From Trichoplax adhaerens (taxonomy: Eukaryota > Animalia > Placozoa): a DNA stretch of 64,000 bases. The notes beneath the pieces were generated by a model that worked only from the letters and a program-made list of their open reading frames with translations, had not been told where the DNA came from and made no database searches. Every line of letters begins with the position of its first letter. Position 1 is the first letter of the stretch. The stretch lies in NCBI RefSeq assembly GCF_000150275.1, contig NW_002060949.1, forward strand, positions 1,423,836-1,487,835, in the 5' to 3' direction. The position numbers were made by a program, and so were the translations under genes. Below are positions 1 through 17,852 of this stretch, piece after piece.

Positions 1-565
1 TTCTAATTCAATAATATATTAGGTTTTAATCCAAGTGTCAGAAATACTTCACGTATTAAGCTGATACAAAATTCAAATTGTGGAATACATCGCAGAGATG
101 TAAGACAAATATTTCTCTTACTATTCCGTAACATGACCTCGTACTATACGTAGTTTTGAGTAAATTCGTTGGAAAAAGTTCTTGATCTGTTCAAAGTTTA
201 CATTGCACGCTTACTTTGAGATATGATAATAATGCAGCAATTTGATAATAACATGAAAGTGATATTATCTTCATTTGCAATATATACTTTACTATACAGT
301 AACTAATTATATTATTATACTATGGAATCCTGTAATTTTCTTCCGTTGATTATACAAGTATTTTTTTGATGAATTAGATTTGATTGGTATAATATAGACA
401 TTGAGTTATTTTCTCTCTGATTCACTGCATATATATTTTTGCGGTAACATTAGATGCGTGGTATCCATTAATTGACCATTCACGACCTTTACTCAAGCAT
501 GGGGTAGTTTATAATACATTTATATTTTATGATAAATATATATATATATAAAAGACGTAGAGTAC

Positions 566-2842
566 TCATTGGCCTGCACAAATTAAACACTGCCCTCCAG
601 TATTACTAGTGCAAGGAAAGTGGCTATACGCACCACAAGTAATACAAGCTGTCATGCCTTTTAATTCACATTTACAGGTTTTAGGAATATTATAAGTGCG
701 ACGAATATGGATGTCGTTAGTAGGAGGCAGATTACTCGCTGCTACACTACTATTTGTAACTTCTTCTTCAGGTAATGGGGTTGTTGTTAGAAATTCTTCC
801 TTAGAATTATTTACATCATCCGGTTTTAAGTCGGATTTTTTCTTATCTGCTTGCTTCTTTTTACCTTTTCCCTTAAAATCAGCTAATTCCTTAGATTGCC
901 TTGTACGCTTAGGCGATTGTTTCTTTTTCTCTTGATTTTTGGATATACTAGTATTATCAATATTTTTGTTCTTTCTTTTCTTTGATATGGCGCCTTTAGT
1001 AGTGGTAGTGGCAGAATTATCAGTAGTATCCATCTTATCCTTAAGTAATGGATCTGTAAGGCAAGGGGTTGTTAAAGGATTTTGATTGCAGTCTTTATCA
1101 TATTCTTTCTTTAGGCTATATACAACACCAACCATAATTGAAAGGTCAATGTATTTTTCAAGAAAGTAGAATTTTCAAAGTTTTATAATCGAGCTAATTA
1201 CCTATCGCCCCAAGACATCTCGAAATTTTCCTTCTGTAGTTCATACAGTGATAGAAATTGTTGTTACTAACTTACAAGTACATTAAAACAGTGCTAAAGT
1301 ATATACCATATATAATATATATATGTCATTAGGGCATCAATTTCGCATTTTGTTATTAAAATTAAGAGTAGTTATTACAATATAATCAATTGATAAATTA
1401 ACTAACCTTCCAAGGATCAAGTTTAGCCATTTTTTTCGCCTGCTGTTTGACTTTTGCTTTTGTTTTAGGCGTAAATTCACCTAGAATCAGTTGAAGATGA
1501 CAGTAGCAAAAACATAAATAAAATTTTATATTATCAAAATGTTAATTACAAAGTTTCTAACGTGAAGTATTAGTACGATAATAAAAAAGATAAATTGTTA
1601 TTTCTAAAACATTTTCGTTGCCATGATAGTGATTAACACTTTCGTCCCTACCTTCAGATAGTTTTAGTCTCCATTCTAAACAAGCACTATTAAAGAATTC
1701 ATTGGATAAACAAGATGACGATAACCTAAATTAATGATTCCAGTATTAGTTACTTATATTAATTGATCGGTTAAATCAGTTCCTATTATTTTAGATTAGT
1801 AAGCAGGTAGGCTCTTGCGGATCTGCCAACCTTAATTGATTGTTCTGAGTTACTTCACGGTCAACCTCGGGTAGCAATTTTAAAAGTTGATATTGATGGG
1901 TTAATGGTAATTTTTCAAACGTGGCTTCGCTAATTATGCCCTAAGTTATTTAATATTATATGGAATTTCATGATTGTTACATAAACTAGCAATCTCTATA
2001 CAGCAGTAGGAAATAATTCCCAATTTACAGTAAGGTAGTAGCTATGTATTAGTTAAATACTTTGTTAATAATGAAGTTAAGATTTAATCCTTTTCGCATA
2101 CCTTTAAATCAGTATGGACGAGGATAGAACTAGGAGTTTCTAAGTCTATAGAACCATTAGATAGACGTTTCAGTTGTACAGCTATGTGAAAAAATTAAAG
2201 TGGAAATCGATAAATAGCTAAAATTGATAAAAAATTTACATCAACCAGATAGTGTACAAAATATCCCTACCAGGGCTAGCGCCTTTCTTCGTTCTCTGCA
2301 AAATTAAGTATATTAATTATCCAAAAGGCAATAAAATACATCAATTTTAGGTTTTTAATTTTTATTTAGTAGTATACGAAAGAACAGTTAAAGCATTACA
2401 TCCGACAACTAAGTCAGCTCTATTTACCGGTTTATTGGATCTCTTTGACGTAGGTTTAACAGTAAGAGGATTAGAAAGTACAGGTTCAGGTATATCGGAT
2501 GTAGCTATAATTGATTAGTTGTCAAATGCAATTAATAAAATATAGTCCAGAAATGTTAGTTAGCTAAGGTAAATAATAGTAATCTTCAAAAAATAACGTC
2601 TTACTAGGATTAACTTTCTCTGATGTATGCTGAATAATATCTTCAAATCCTTTACGATTGCTGTTGGATTTATCTTTCGTTACGGAAGTATTTTTGATTA
2701 AATGCTTTCCGTGTGTTTTCTTGTGGGTCAATTTCTTTGATGATTTTTTATTTCTTTGCTTCTTTTTCTTACAGGTGTTAGCCTGATGCATTTCTTTTAT
2801 GACCATATCAGCTAAATTATTTAACTCTTCGTCGATTTCCAT
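566..2842 (-). CDS. ASXL: Additional sex combs-like protein (DEUBAD + C-terminal PHD); multi-exon, 5' end uncertain (possible extra exon ~3168-3232)
   Basis: GT-AG exons 2102-2181, 1831-1940, 1652-1725, 1407-1480, 1202-1233 and 566-1115 splice in frame to [44 protein letters not shown]...LSNEFFNSACLEWRLKLSEGEFTP...KLDPWKKENFEMSWG (DEUBAD with NEF motif). The C-terminus CKCELKGMTACITCGAYSHFPC...CLIC matches the ASXL PHD. Confidence 0.9.
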
Positions 2843-5800
2843 TTTCTTCTTGGACCGTGGGATAAATTTATTGCACAATAAAATTCAGAATATAAAGGTA
2901 CATGTAATTTTAAAAAATATAAGTTGATGACTTATTTCTTAAGATCGCAGAAGGTTACAACTTGATAGCGTTGATATTATTTGAGTGATGATACGAGTCA
3001 GCCTATTCAATATGCACTGTACACGTCTACTACCAACTGTACGGTGAATGATACTGTTATCTTTATCGATTTTCGGTCTAAAATATGCTTAATTAGATAT
3101 TTATACTTGTTGAAGTCTATAGGGATATCGCAGTATCGCTAGGTCATGACGTATGATTTTTATTTACCTCAGAGGATTTCTCAGATTTGTTAACTGAGGC
3201 GGTAGGATGATTATTGACGTCCGTCATAATCTCTATAATTTATTCGCATCTGGGAAATTATCAGTGATAAGAACATGAGAAAATATTTACATGGAAACGT
3301 TTCGATGCCGATCTACACTATTTCTTGAGAACAATTTCTTACTTCTACAATACAGGATAATAAATGGATACATAAAGTAAATTTCATTCAATCTACGTGC
3401 ATAACAGCTGCGCAATGACTGGATTCCTTTTATATCATTTATCATCACGCGAGTGATGGATGATATATTAACTGCAAGCTATTTTAAGACTAGCGAGTAG
3501 ATTTGGTATTGTGCAATAGTTTCACTTTCAAATTCATAGCAAGGTATAATATACGTATACGTTTTAAGCATTCATTCATTATCTGTTTACAGCAACTCAG
3601 TAAGAAGTGTTGGAACTTCCGAAGGTTTGATCATGGACACGTAAAACGCGTACTCTTCTTCCACTACAGTACTGTAAAGTAGTGCAAAAATACTGTACTA
3701 TCCTGTACTAGTAGGTACAGTATGTATCCGCTACCACAAGGCAGAGTCACAAAGTTAAAAAAAATTTTCTTTTTTTGGCCTCTGCTAGGATCACTACTAC
3801 TACCTATGGTGGCTACTTCTGTATACTGTACATTCCCATAGTACAGTGTCGACGTACTGGAATTTTTTATTTCTAATTGAACTGGTCTATAGTTCCCTTG
3901 TAGATCAACTCGTTCTCTTTCCATTGGTATAAAATTTAAAATTTGTTGAAGAAAGCACAAACAATTTAATACATTTGCTTTGGCAAACACCATAGAAATT
4001 TGCCCGTCCACCGTGTACATAAAAAGAAGAAAGAACTGCAGTACAATGTACGGTACTATATACTCTATGTTGTACTGTAAATGAAATGAATACCTGCTGA
4101 CAGGCTGCAGTAAGAACACGGTAGGCTAAGATTATCGTGAGTGCCTTTCTAAATTTATCGGGGCACTACATGATTAAGACGTGTATAAAGAGTCTACGGT
4201 TGATAGATTAGTTGAAATTGATAGATATTATCGGAAACTACTACACACTCATGCACTCATAGTGTGCTATAAATATCTGTGGAAGTAAAGTAATGCATTG
4301 TTAAGCGTGTGTATCAGCCAAATGGTTAGCAAAGATGGAATTCTTCATCGCTATCGTATTCAACCCTCCAGCATTGACTAATCATGTTGTATGTACAGTA
4401 GAATGTGACTATGTGTTAAGTAGATAGTGATTTGATAAAAGTTGTCTCTCAATTCACGTGCAATGAAAACACTTAGACTGTTACAGTAGTTTAGATAAAT
4501 ATAATAATCAGATAATTTGAGGAATATAGTACTTGTCGACACAGTTTTATTCCAAAAATACACCACAACCATGGTCTAGAGCAGCAGAGTAAAGTAGCAA
4601 AACCCCTGATACGATACATAACTCATACATGAAATTATTACTGTATTGTACCTCGAAAGCTGCCATGACTCGATCTCAATCTGAATCTAGTCTAGTATCG
4701 TCCATTAGTTTCTAATTTCATACTGCAAGCCTCCGTGAGTTTCAAATATAGAGTTTTACGACTTGGTACACTGTCGAATTATCGCAGGTTGGGTACAGAT
4801 ATTTATAATTTAGCTGTATAGTACGAGTATTGACAATTCAAGCAGTTTTCAGTTCGTCAAGCTAGTAATAAGCTTGAATAAATCCAAATCGGTAAGACAA
4901 TTTCAGATACACTGTATGGATCCAGTATACAGTACGGTATTACATGCATTTTCCTATTTGACTTTTCGACTCCAGTAGTCATTCGAGCGCTACTGTTTGA
5001 TGACTGATATTGTGTAAACATATCAATATTAGCCGTGGAACTACAGTAGGAATACTGTGGATTCTATCGACTTGGATCTGGCAATCGATTGGCATTTTTC
5101 ACAATTGAAGAATTGCATTTAATGGAGTCATGTCTCTATAGTACATCTTATAATAATAGTACTTTAACAAGTATTGACTAGAGAAGTGGCGTATTTTAAG
5201 TCAATGTGTAGGAGTTGTTGTAATCTCCAAAACTTTGAGTGGAAAAAACGATCGATGCAGTATTGCATTTTTAACTTTATGACTGACTGTCAGAAAAATG
5301 TACAGCAGAATGGAGTGGGAATTGACTGATCCAATACTTTTGTATATTCCATATACTACATGTACGCGTATATTAGTGAATTTTCACTGTATTTTCCATT
5401 CAGTCTCAAGCTAGCTTACTCCATTTAGCTAGTCTGGTATAGAAATGATTCAAGTCAACAGGCAAATAGGGAAATTTGCACTCCACTAAGCACAATTGTA
5501 GGGTAAGTGTTTATGATCAACATTGTTTTTGGATGATCCTACTGTACTACAGAATAGACTGGATCGCAGATATTTCAAGTCTGTTGATTGAATCTATCCT
5601 ACCGACTATAAGAAATTGTCAATAAGCATTGGCTTTTTGAAATGGAATGTATATCCTCAGATGGGACCCATGATTGTAGAATGCACTGTACCGTCATGTT
5701 GTTGGTATGAACACTTTGCAAGCGCGAGGATGGTGAGTGTGCTGAAGAATGTACACTTTGTAGAGTAGACAGTGCAAAAAAACAAACAAGAAACAACTGC

Positions 5801-6230
5801 CAATGAAGCTAGACTGATGGACAACTAAATCAATCATGGTGGTTGTTCACTACGAAGGCAATACGATATGATGTCCATACAGTAAAAGATGGAAGATAGA
5901 TATGATTGTACATTTAGGTTACTTACCTTTCAATGTAAAACGTTGGCTGACGAACGCATGGAGTGGCTCTCCTTCAATTTTTGATTAGTACAACCCCACA
6001 GTTTCGATCGGATCGTCAAATGACCGAAGCAACTTCCATCAAAGTACACAAAAAAGGTGATTTTCGAGGTGAAACTGGTCAGGTCATCCACCCATACTGT
6101 ACTGTACACTAGGCAGACACCTGGTTGTCATGACTGTTCTGGACACAGTACTGTCCAGTAGAAGTCGCTGATACTGGGTACAGTGCGGTAATGGTGAACC
6201 ACAGGCGGCCCCTAAAAATGTTCTTGCAGT

Positions 6231-6335
6231 CCAGTCCGGTCCGATCGAGTCCAGTCCGGTCCGATCGAGTCCAGTCCGGTCCGATCGAGTCCAGCCCGAT
6301 CCGATCGAGTCCAGTCCGGTCCAAGCCAGTCCAGT
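6231..6335. repeat. 20-bp CpG-rich tandem repeat (ccagtccggtccgatcgagt), about 5 copies
   Basis: Directly visible; built from 5-bp subunits ccagt/ccggt/ccgat/cgagt. Confidence 0.95.
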
Positions 6336-7230
6336 ACTGCATTCGGAGTGTGGTCGTTCGATAAAACGGTGCGATACCGCAACGGACTGTACTGTAGCTA
6401 ATTTGTACTACACAGTACACAGTACACAGTACTGTACATACTGTACTGTACTTGAGAGAGCGGACTTGCCGTGCGCTAAGAATAAGGCAGACTACTGTAC
6501 TGTACTGTATGATCCACACCATAACAGTACATTGTACTCCATTACCAGGTGCTGATCGAAAGCAAGAGAGTAATAGCAACTACCCAACATTTGCAATATA
6601 GGTACTGTACAGAAGCATCGTTAATTGAAGGTTGTCATTCCATTTTTCTACTGTTACAATCAGGCAAAGACAGAAAGAACCAATTTATATCAAATTCTTG
6701 AATTTCAGCAACTTGAGTAGTCTGTTCTCTGTTGCACCTGTTGTCGGGCCGTTTCCGTCCGTCTTCATCTTTCAAGCATTCCTATAAAGACTCAGTATTG
6801 TAGCATCAAGAGTCCTGGAGTCCTTGAGAATGTACACTGTACAGTACAGTATACAGTACTATAACTCCATATTGTTGAGATGCGAAATGGACAGATTCAA
6901 GCATCTTGCGCTGTACTGTACTGTAGAGTGCAGTACCTGATGATGTGTACAGGCTCAGTCACTAGTCCATATATATATATATATATATATATAATATTCT
7001 AGATAGACGTTTACATTTACTATCGAAGGGCCGAAAGACTCTTTCCACCACAGCTTGTGATAATTCATTCATTTTCATTTTTAGAAGTTATACAGTACAC
7101 GATACAGTATCCATCATGCATTGCAGTACAGTTTCTCCAATTGAAAGTGTCACTCCATATTCCTACAGTACAGTAGTACGATGGCACTGTACAGTACATT
7201 GTACAGTATTTTAAGAGCTCTTATACTGTA

Positions 7231-7430
7231 CACATTTGGCATGATACAGTACAGTACAGTATACAGTACAGTACATTGTACAGCTGTCGTACTGTACACT
7301 GTGAGTTTTAACGACAATCGTCTTGTACTGTACTGTACTGTACACTATCCACATTTGCCATGATACAGTATACTGTACTGTACATTGTACAACAGTCGTA
7401 CTGTACACTGTGACGACAATCGTCTTGTAC
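7231..7430. repeat. Imperfect ~120-bp tandem duplication in a TACTG/CAGTA-rich tract
   Basis: acatttg(g/c)catgatacagta...gtcgtactgtacactgtga...acgacaatcgtcttgtac occurs twice; tattttaagagctctt is repeated at ~7207 and ~7483. Confidence 0.85.
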
Positions 7431-10400
7431 GGTGGCATATACAGTACTGGACCGGACAGGACGGACTGAATTCCTAAAATGTATTTTAAGAGCTCTTCTA
7501 CACATTATTGAGTAACTGGACCGTGCCCATAGCAGAGTACCTAAGACCGGTCAGCGCATACTGTATGTATCATATTGGAGTAGAGCAAAACACTGCGCCC
7601 ATAGTAAAGTCGCTTGAATAATTTGCGTTTTACTCCATGTCCAAATTAAAGTTAAGCCCAATCAAACTGCCTTCAACAGTGACAAGTTGCTTTCAATGAG
7701 GTCAGTAAGAATAAAGTAAAGCTCTTTCTATTACGGTGCATTGGCTTAACATGAAAGTTGACACTGGCCATGTACTTAGTAGTACTTGGAAGTTTTGTAA
7801 GCTTCAAGTAGGAACGAGAGTGCCAGTGTCAATGGTGTCCACTTGAGGGAAGGTCATGTGGTACTGCCTAGTAGAATTGTTCACACTGTAGTAAAGATCA
7901 ATCATCATTTCTCATCCATAATCAATATTTTGGATCGTATTTCGCTTTGGAGATAGCATCAATCTTCATTTTACTGTATCCTTGATTGCAACGTATGCCA
8001 TCAAGTATCATGACTGCATTTTGGTGGATTGTTATTGGATAGTTTGTTTTGTAATGGGCAACAATCCTAGCTCAATAACTTGTATAGTCTACACGTAGTT
8101 ACCTTGGTTTTTGATGCCGTATTCTATCGTCGAACGGAATTATCTCCCTTCGCAGTATACATCTCTATGCCTCAAGGGGAACAAGTTTGGACTAATTTGC
8201 TTCAAGACAGGTTACCCATATTATTATTTTTATCCCAATTTACTGTCCAGTCCGAAGATAAAATCAAGCATCAATGTCACTATACCACATCGATAAGATG
8301 GATCTATCCGTCACTTTGATTCAATACTTGTAGAAGCGACACATGTAGTAGTAGTCATCACGACGATCGAACAAACGTTGATTAATGGATGAATTACTAT
8401 TTTACTAATTTATAATTGTCCAATAATGCCCATCAGTAAGCAATGAATGGATAATATCCAGTCACTCGATAAACTATGCATCTTATTTTAAAAGGTCCTG
8501 TAATACGTAGGCCATGTCCAGTCGAAATTGTAATCCAATTTATTAAAGTATTGATTATGTTGGACAATTGGGGCAAATTACAACTGAGAATGAACTAGGA
8601 GCAAGAGTACTGTACTACAGGATCGACTCATTAGCATGCTATTGAATTGTACGCCGGATAATAGATACGCCCTTCACTAAAAATGACTAGCCAGAGTCTT
8701 GCTACTTGTCTAGACTTTCTTGTTCATTTATTACATTAATAATAGTTATGAATTACTTGCTTGTATAGCACTGATATGCAACCTAGAAAGATCTTGATAT
8801 TCTGTAGCTTACAATACGGGCATTCATTAATAAAGTCATGCACTCTACTTGACAAGGATTGGTAATACGGCAGGTACTCATCTTAAGCACTGTACATGAA
8901 CAGAAAACGTGTCTTTTAGCCTAATAACGATATCAAATTGAAAGAATTCAATCGATTCATCAATTCACCAATTAACATAATTTAATTTGATAGAATACAT
9001 TCGTCCATATTCCCAGAATTTTTTTTCTTGATAATATCATCCGTATTTAGACTATTCTCTCAAAAAGACTAATGAATGAATGACTTTTAATTTCATTGAC
9101 ACGTGTTAACTTGTCATTATTTATAATTATTGGAAACTTCCAATTTCTCTCTTGCAACTATAAAACGATATTGTATTCCTTTGCTAGTCAATCATAAGGA
9201 TTGCTAATGATCGTAATGATTATCACTCAGATGAGTAAAAAATGAACAAATTGAACTGATGAAATCTTGCAAATTGATGCTACACCAGCTACTATGAAAA
9301 ATTGACAGGCATGACAACAGAATCTGCCCATCAGAACCTTTTTTCTTTCTTCTATCGACTCTGTGGTGTACAGTACAATCAAAATTGGTAGAGATTCCAT
9401 ATAGATTCTGTTCAGATGGCTGTTTATAACAATATAAAACAGATTGAATGCTATAGTGTAATTGAGCTATCGAACGCTACATATACTCATATATCCACTA
9501 CACCTATTAATAATGATATAATGAGACACGGAAGCTTTTAAGATGTATTGGCACTTCAGAATTGATCTATTTCTACAAACAATGCAAGGTCTAAATGGCC
9601 ACTGTTGTTTTCAATGTGAATAATAATTACGACATAGTTCGAGCTCAAAAAATCCATTTCAACAAGCAATACAACAGATGGAATAATCGAAGTCATCTTT
9701 GTTTATCAGTGTGAAGACTTGAAAAATATTATCTTTATTTAGTTTTATGTTAGGATTATTTGGTTGTAATAAACATCCGTTAGTAAGGTCAGTCCGTCTC
9801 CAATACTAAGGCTAGTCAATATTAATTAAGAAGAAGAAGAAATAAAAATAATTTCTATCATCGCAGCAGTATTGACATGACAGATAGACGAACAGTTAAT
9901 CGGCCATTGAAATATCCTGCCACGCGTACAATCAACTCCGTTCTAAATCATAAAATCTCGCCATCAAAATGGAAAGAGCTATTGTTAATCTGTATGGAAT
10001 ATGGTATTAAGTGTAAAACTATTCTAGAAAGATTGGCCACATCTGGTGATAAATCGATCTTTACAATTTTTAATACCACATCACAACTACATCAATATAC
10101 ACAATAACTGCATGTTTGCTCAGCTAGCCCTAAAATCGCGACTTATTTTTATTCGTTTATTGTTATTTTTATTTTTTATTACAAAATAATGAGAGAATGC
10201 CGAAATTGGTGAAGCATCCTTAATAAAGAGATCTTTCAATCAATGACTGCCATAGTACCGTATGCATGATCCAGGATATCACATGAATCCTTATTTACCC
10301 TGGGATAAAAATAAAATAATCAAAGAGACACGTAATCATCGTAGCCATGTGTCCTACTTAGTTTATCAATAATAATCTACTATCAAACAAATTCAATCCG

Positions 10401-11145
10401 CTAATAATAGCTAAAGATATACCCTAACATCCTATACTTACAAACAAAGTATACGCTGCATACGTACCAGTATATATATATATGTTGCATAGACGTTTGT
10501 ATATCACTCTTTCATTAAAATCCATCAAAAAATTGAAAACAATCGAGTAAGCATCGCGAATGTTAAGGTATGACACGATTCTTCTCGTTATCTTCTAGTT
10601 CAATTACTTCGATGCTTGCTTAAAAAAATTCGGATGTAGGTATTTTCTAATATACAACCTCAGTTGATACGATGTTTATCGATATCAAAATATCATCAAT
10701 TAGGGCAAGCAATATATTCGTACTATTTTACGCTATGGATATGATGAATCTTCTGTCCAAAAAATTTTAGCTCAGATTTTCTAGTTTTAGAAATATCAAT
10801 GTTGTTCAATTCAATACTGAATATTATTATATTATACATGCAGCATGTTATTGAACGGGTTAAAGTGAAGCATATCATCTTGATAGTGATCTGGTATTGC
10901 AAAAGATATGACAAGACCTTGTTTAATACCTTCTTGTTCGTATTTTTACCATTTGATTATATTTAGTAAAAATTGTCGAAATATTCATCTTAATTAATAT
11001 TCTGTAGTATCCTTGATTTTTTGCCATAAAGTAGCATCCATTATAATTATCTTCCAATTTTATTATTATGTGCGTTATGTTTTCACTAAAATATAGTTTT
11101 TTTATTTTTTATACTAACAAAACTATGCAATTCTGATTTGATTAA

Positions 11146-14942
<3,797 letters not shown>

Positions 14943-17645
14943 GCTATTATGGCTATGTCATGGCAGTCTTTGATCCATCTCACTATCACTGCGTTATCAT
15001 TACTTTAGCATTGATAATAAAATATACAGTACTCTATAGCGAAGACATATATGCGTATATTAATTAGAATTGTATAATCAAATAATTATTTAACGTAATA
15101 AACAAAAATACTATAGGAAATATTTTAATGCAGTTGATTATTTTTACTAGAATATATCTTACTGTTTCGATATGACCCTAATATGATACGAATAGCATTT
15201 ATTTTAATTGTTCAAGTTTAAATCGCATTTAGCTGAATGATTACATTTTTAATGCAAGCGATTGTTATCGAATCTGATTTAGTTTAGATAATCCATTTTA
15301 AAATATATATATATATATTAAAAGCTTTACCTATCTGAAGGGTAAAAGGTATACAACAAATTATCTGAAGCATGCGATATTGTACCAAATATATCCTGAA
15401 CGTCATATTCGCTATGAAATTTATATAATAGTAACGTCAATGTTACGCTTCATTTACCATCATTAATATCCATGTAACTATTTAACTAATCACTAATCGG
15501 ATTTGCACACTTGGTTGTGCATTGCGATAATAAAGTACATTATCGTAGCAAGACCATATTCAAACTTATTTCCAACTTCTGTTTTAATTATATTATATCT
15601 AATTTTGTCAATATCGATCAAATTGCTGAATATTTTTTATTGACAATATTTACGTATAAGGTTGCTCTAACTAATCAATAAAATAACTGGTGGCTAAAAC
15701 ATTAAAAAGAAAAATGAGTAGATTCTGTTAGTGTAAGTTCTTATTTATAAGAATACACGTATATGGCACAACTTTGCATACCTAGTTGGTGGGTATCCAT
15801 TGCTGTATATGATACTCCGATTCAGTTACTGTATTTATTACTGAAGTATTAGCGTTCAACTTGTATCATGACCAATTGATCATGGCCTCCAGACCACATT
15901 AACCATTGAATCGAAGCTAGTGATGAAGGACACTCTGTGTATCTACAATCTACGTCATCTTAACGAGCTTTAACGTGCAATTTTTATTCATTAACGATTC
16001 AGTAAGTGATAATACAGATTAAGATTATTGTACTATTGTAGCTTTTAGTAGATTTTATAACGAATATCCGCATGCACAGTGTAGGGATGTCCTCATAAAG
16101 TGTGGGTACTTACGAAGATATTTTAACACTATATCATAGTTTACTGCCCTAAGTACAGAATAATTAATTATAATGATCTGTAGGATGGAAACAGTTGCTG
16201 AATTGCATATATTAAAAACTTAGAAAGTACAGTGTCGCTTATAATTAAGTGCTATGTATACTGAGTGCAATACCGCAAAAGGAGAGATAAAAAGGTACTT
16301 TTTATTCCTCATTTAAGAGATTACAAAAGCAATAAGGATCTAAACACAGTAACATAATATAATTTATAAGGATCTTCACTACTGGTTATCCACAGCAAGT
16401 GTTGTATGCCATTTGCAAGGCTACAACCTCAAGCAAAAAATACGCCAGGCATGGCACCCTTCCTATAAGATTGCATGAAGATCAAACAGTTAGTGATCCT
16501 GCTCGAAGGTATGAAAATGACTTCAGGCTATACAATACTACTTTACAGTCTATAATTAAAAGAATGAGAGCTATCATTATTGTTTTTATTAAAGGGGTAC
16601 AAGGCTTTCGTTCTGTTAAGGCGGATGAAGTCCCATTCCCAAATGGAAATACATAACTACGGAGGTAATTTTCAATTATAATTAAAAGAATCATTCATTT
16701 ACTATATACTGTAGTATGTATGACAGTAGATTGGTGGCTATGATTACAATAGTTTCTGAAAAATGCCTACCCAAAGTGCAAGAGTACTAGCGTATCATCA
16801 ATATCATAATCGTAAACATTGAACAATTTGTCACAGGAGGAGATATTTCCATTAGAGACTACAGTATATCGTATGTAACTGTGGGTAAAACTTTTACTAC
16901 AATTATATCGTAATTACAGGCCATAGCTTACTAGACTTACTCAGTTAAGTTTAGTAATCCAAGAAGACCATAATTAAACACTGGGTATTGAAGATGACTT
17001 TACAACTGAATGGAACCAAAATGTGTTGAAGCAGTAGGAAAATATTCTATACAGATGGACAGTTGTCTTACTGAATAATTAATTAATTATCGAGCAAGGA
17101 AAATCAAGGCATAGGGAAATGCGATGATCTTCAAATGAAGATGACGATCATTTGCTAATCATTTAAAGCGACGTAGCAAGTACAAATTTGCTTGTTGCCT
17201 TGCTTCAATAAAGTTGAAGTGTCTACAGTACTGTATGCTGTATTGGATAAAGTAGTTTTACAGGAGACTGGATAAACAAGGTGGTGCGCTGCAAACTCGT
17301 CCTGTACATTGAGTAAAAGTTGACTGTTGTGTTTAGTTGTTTTCGTACTAAAAAGACATTTGTTGTATAGTAAAGCCAGTATAATTTTAATAATGATATA
17401 GATCCAATTTTTAGTATAGTATGGAAATATTAAGGCGTTAGTGCCAACAGTATCTTATTATGCTGAAAAAGACTCATTTGGCTGTTGCTCTCTCTATACA
17501 CTGTACTAAACCTCTCCACGAATAGTGTATTTTGTATGCAGACGTCTTGCATCTGTTGACTAAACTACAAGTTATCTGCCGTATGTAGTCAAATAACAAC
17601 TTACCTAGTAATTTTAAGCCGAACTGACGATAAAACGAATTAGTT

Positions 17646-17852
17646 TTAAGCATCTCTTTCTTTCTCCAACTTTAATGCTTCATCATTAGCATTGTAATTC
17701 TTATAAAAATTTTCGTAATTCCTAATTCTTGGCACTTGCACCGTATAACGGAAAACAAGTCCGCCAGCCAGTCCAACTCCAATAGCGACAAATATGTCAC
17801 GAAGGACTTCCGTTCGGAATAGATAACGAAGTTGTGGCTTGGCTGCTGACAT
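17646..17852 (-). CDS. COX6C: Cytochrome c oxidase subunit 6C
   Basis: 68 aa with KPQLR, one TM helix and the RIRNYENFYKNYN motif typical of COX6C; a probable 5'UTR intron lies at ~17855-17954. Confidence 0.85.
   Translation of the reverse strand: MSAAKPQLRYLFRTEVLRDIFVAIGVGLAGGLVFRYTVQVPRIRNYENFYKNYNANDEALKLEKERDA

Noticed and set aside
9877-10107. 76-aa ORF, and ORFs at 8080-8319
   Set aside because: No recognisable motif or supporting splice structure.
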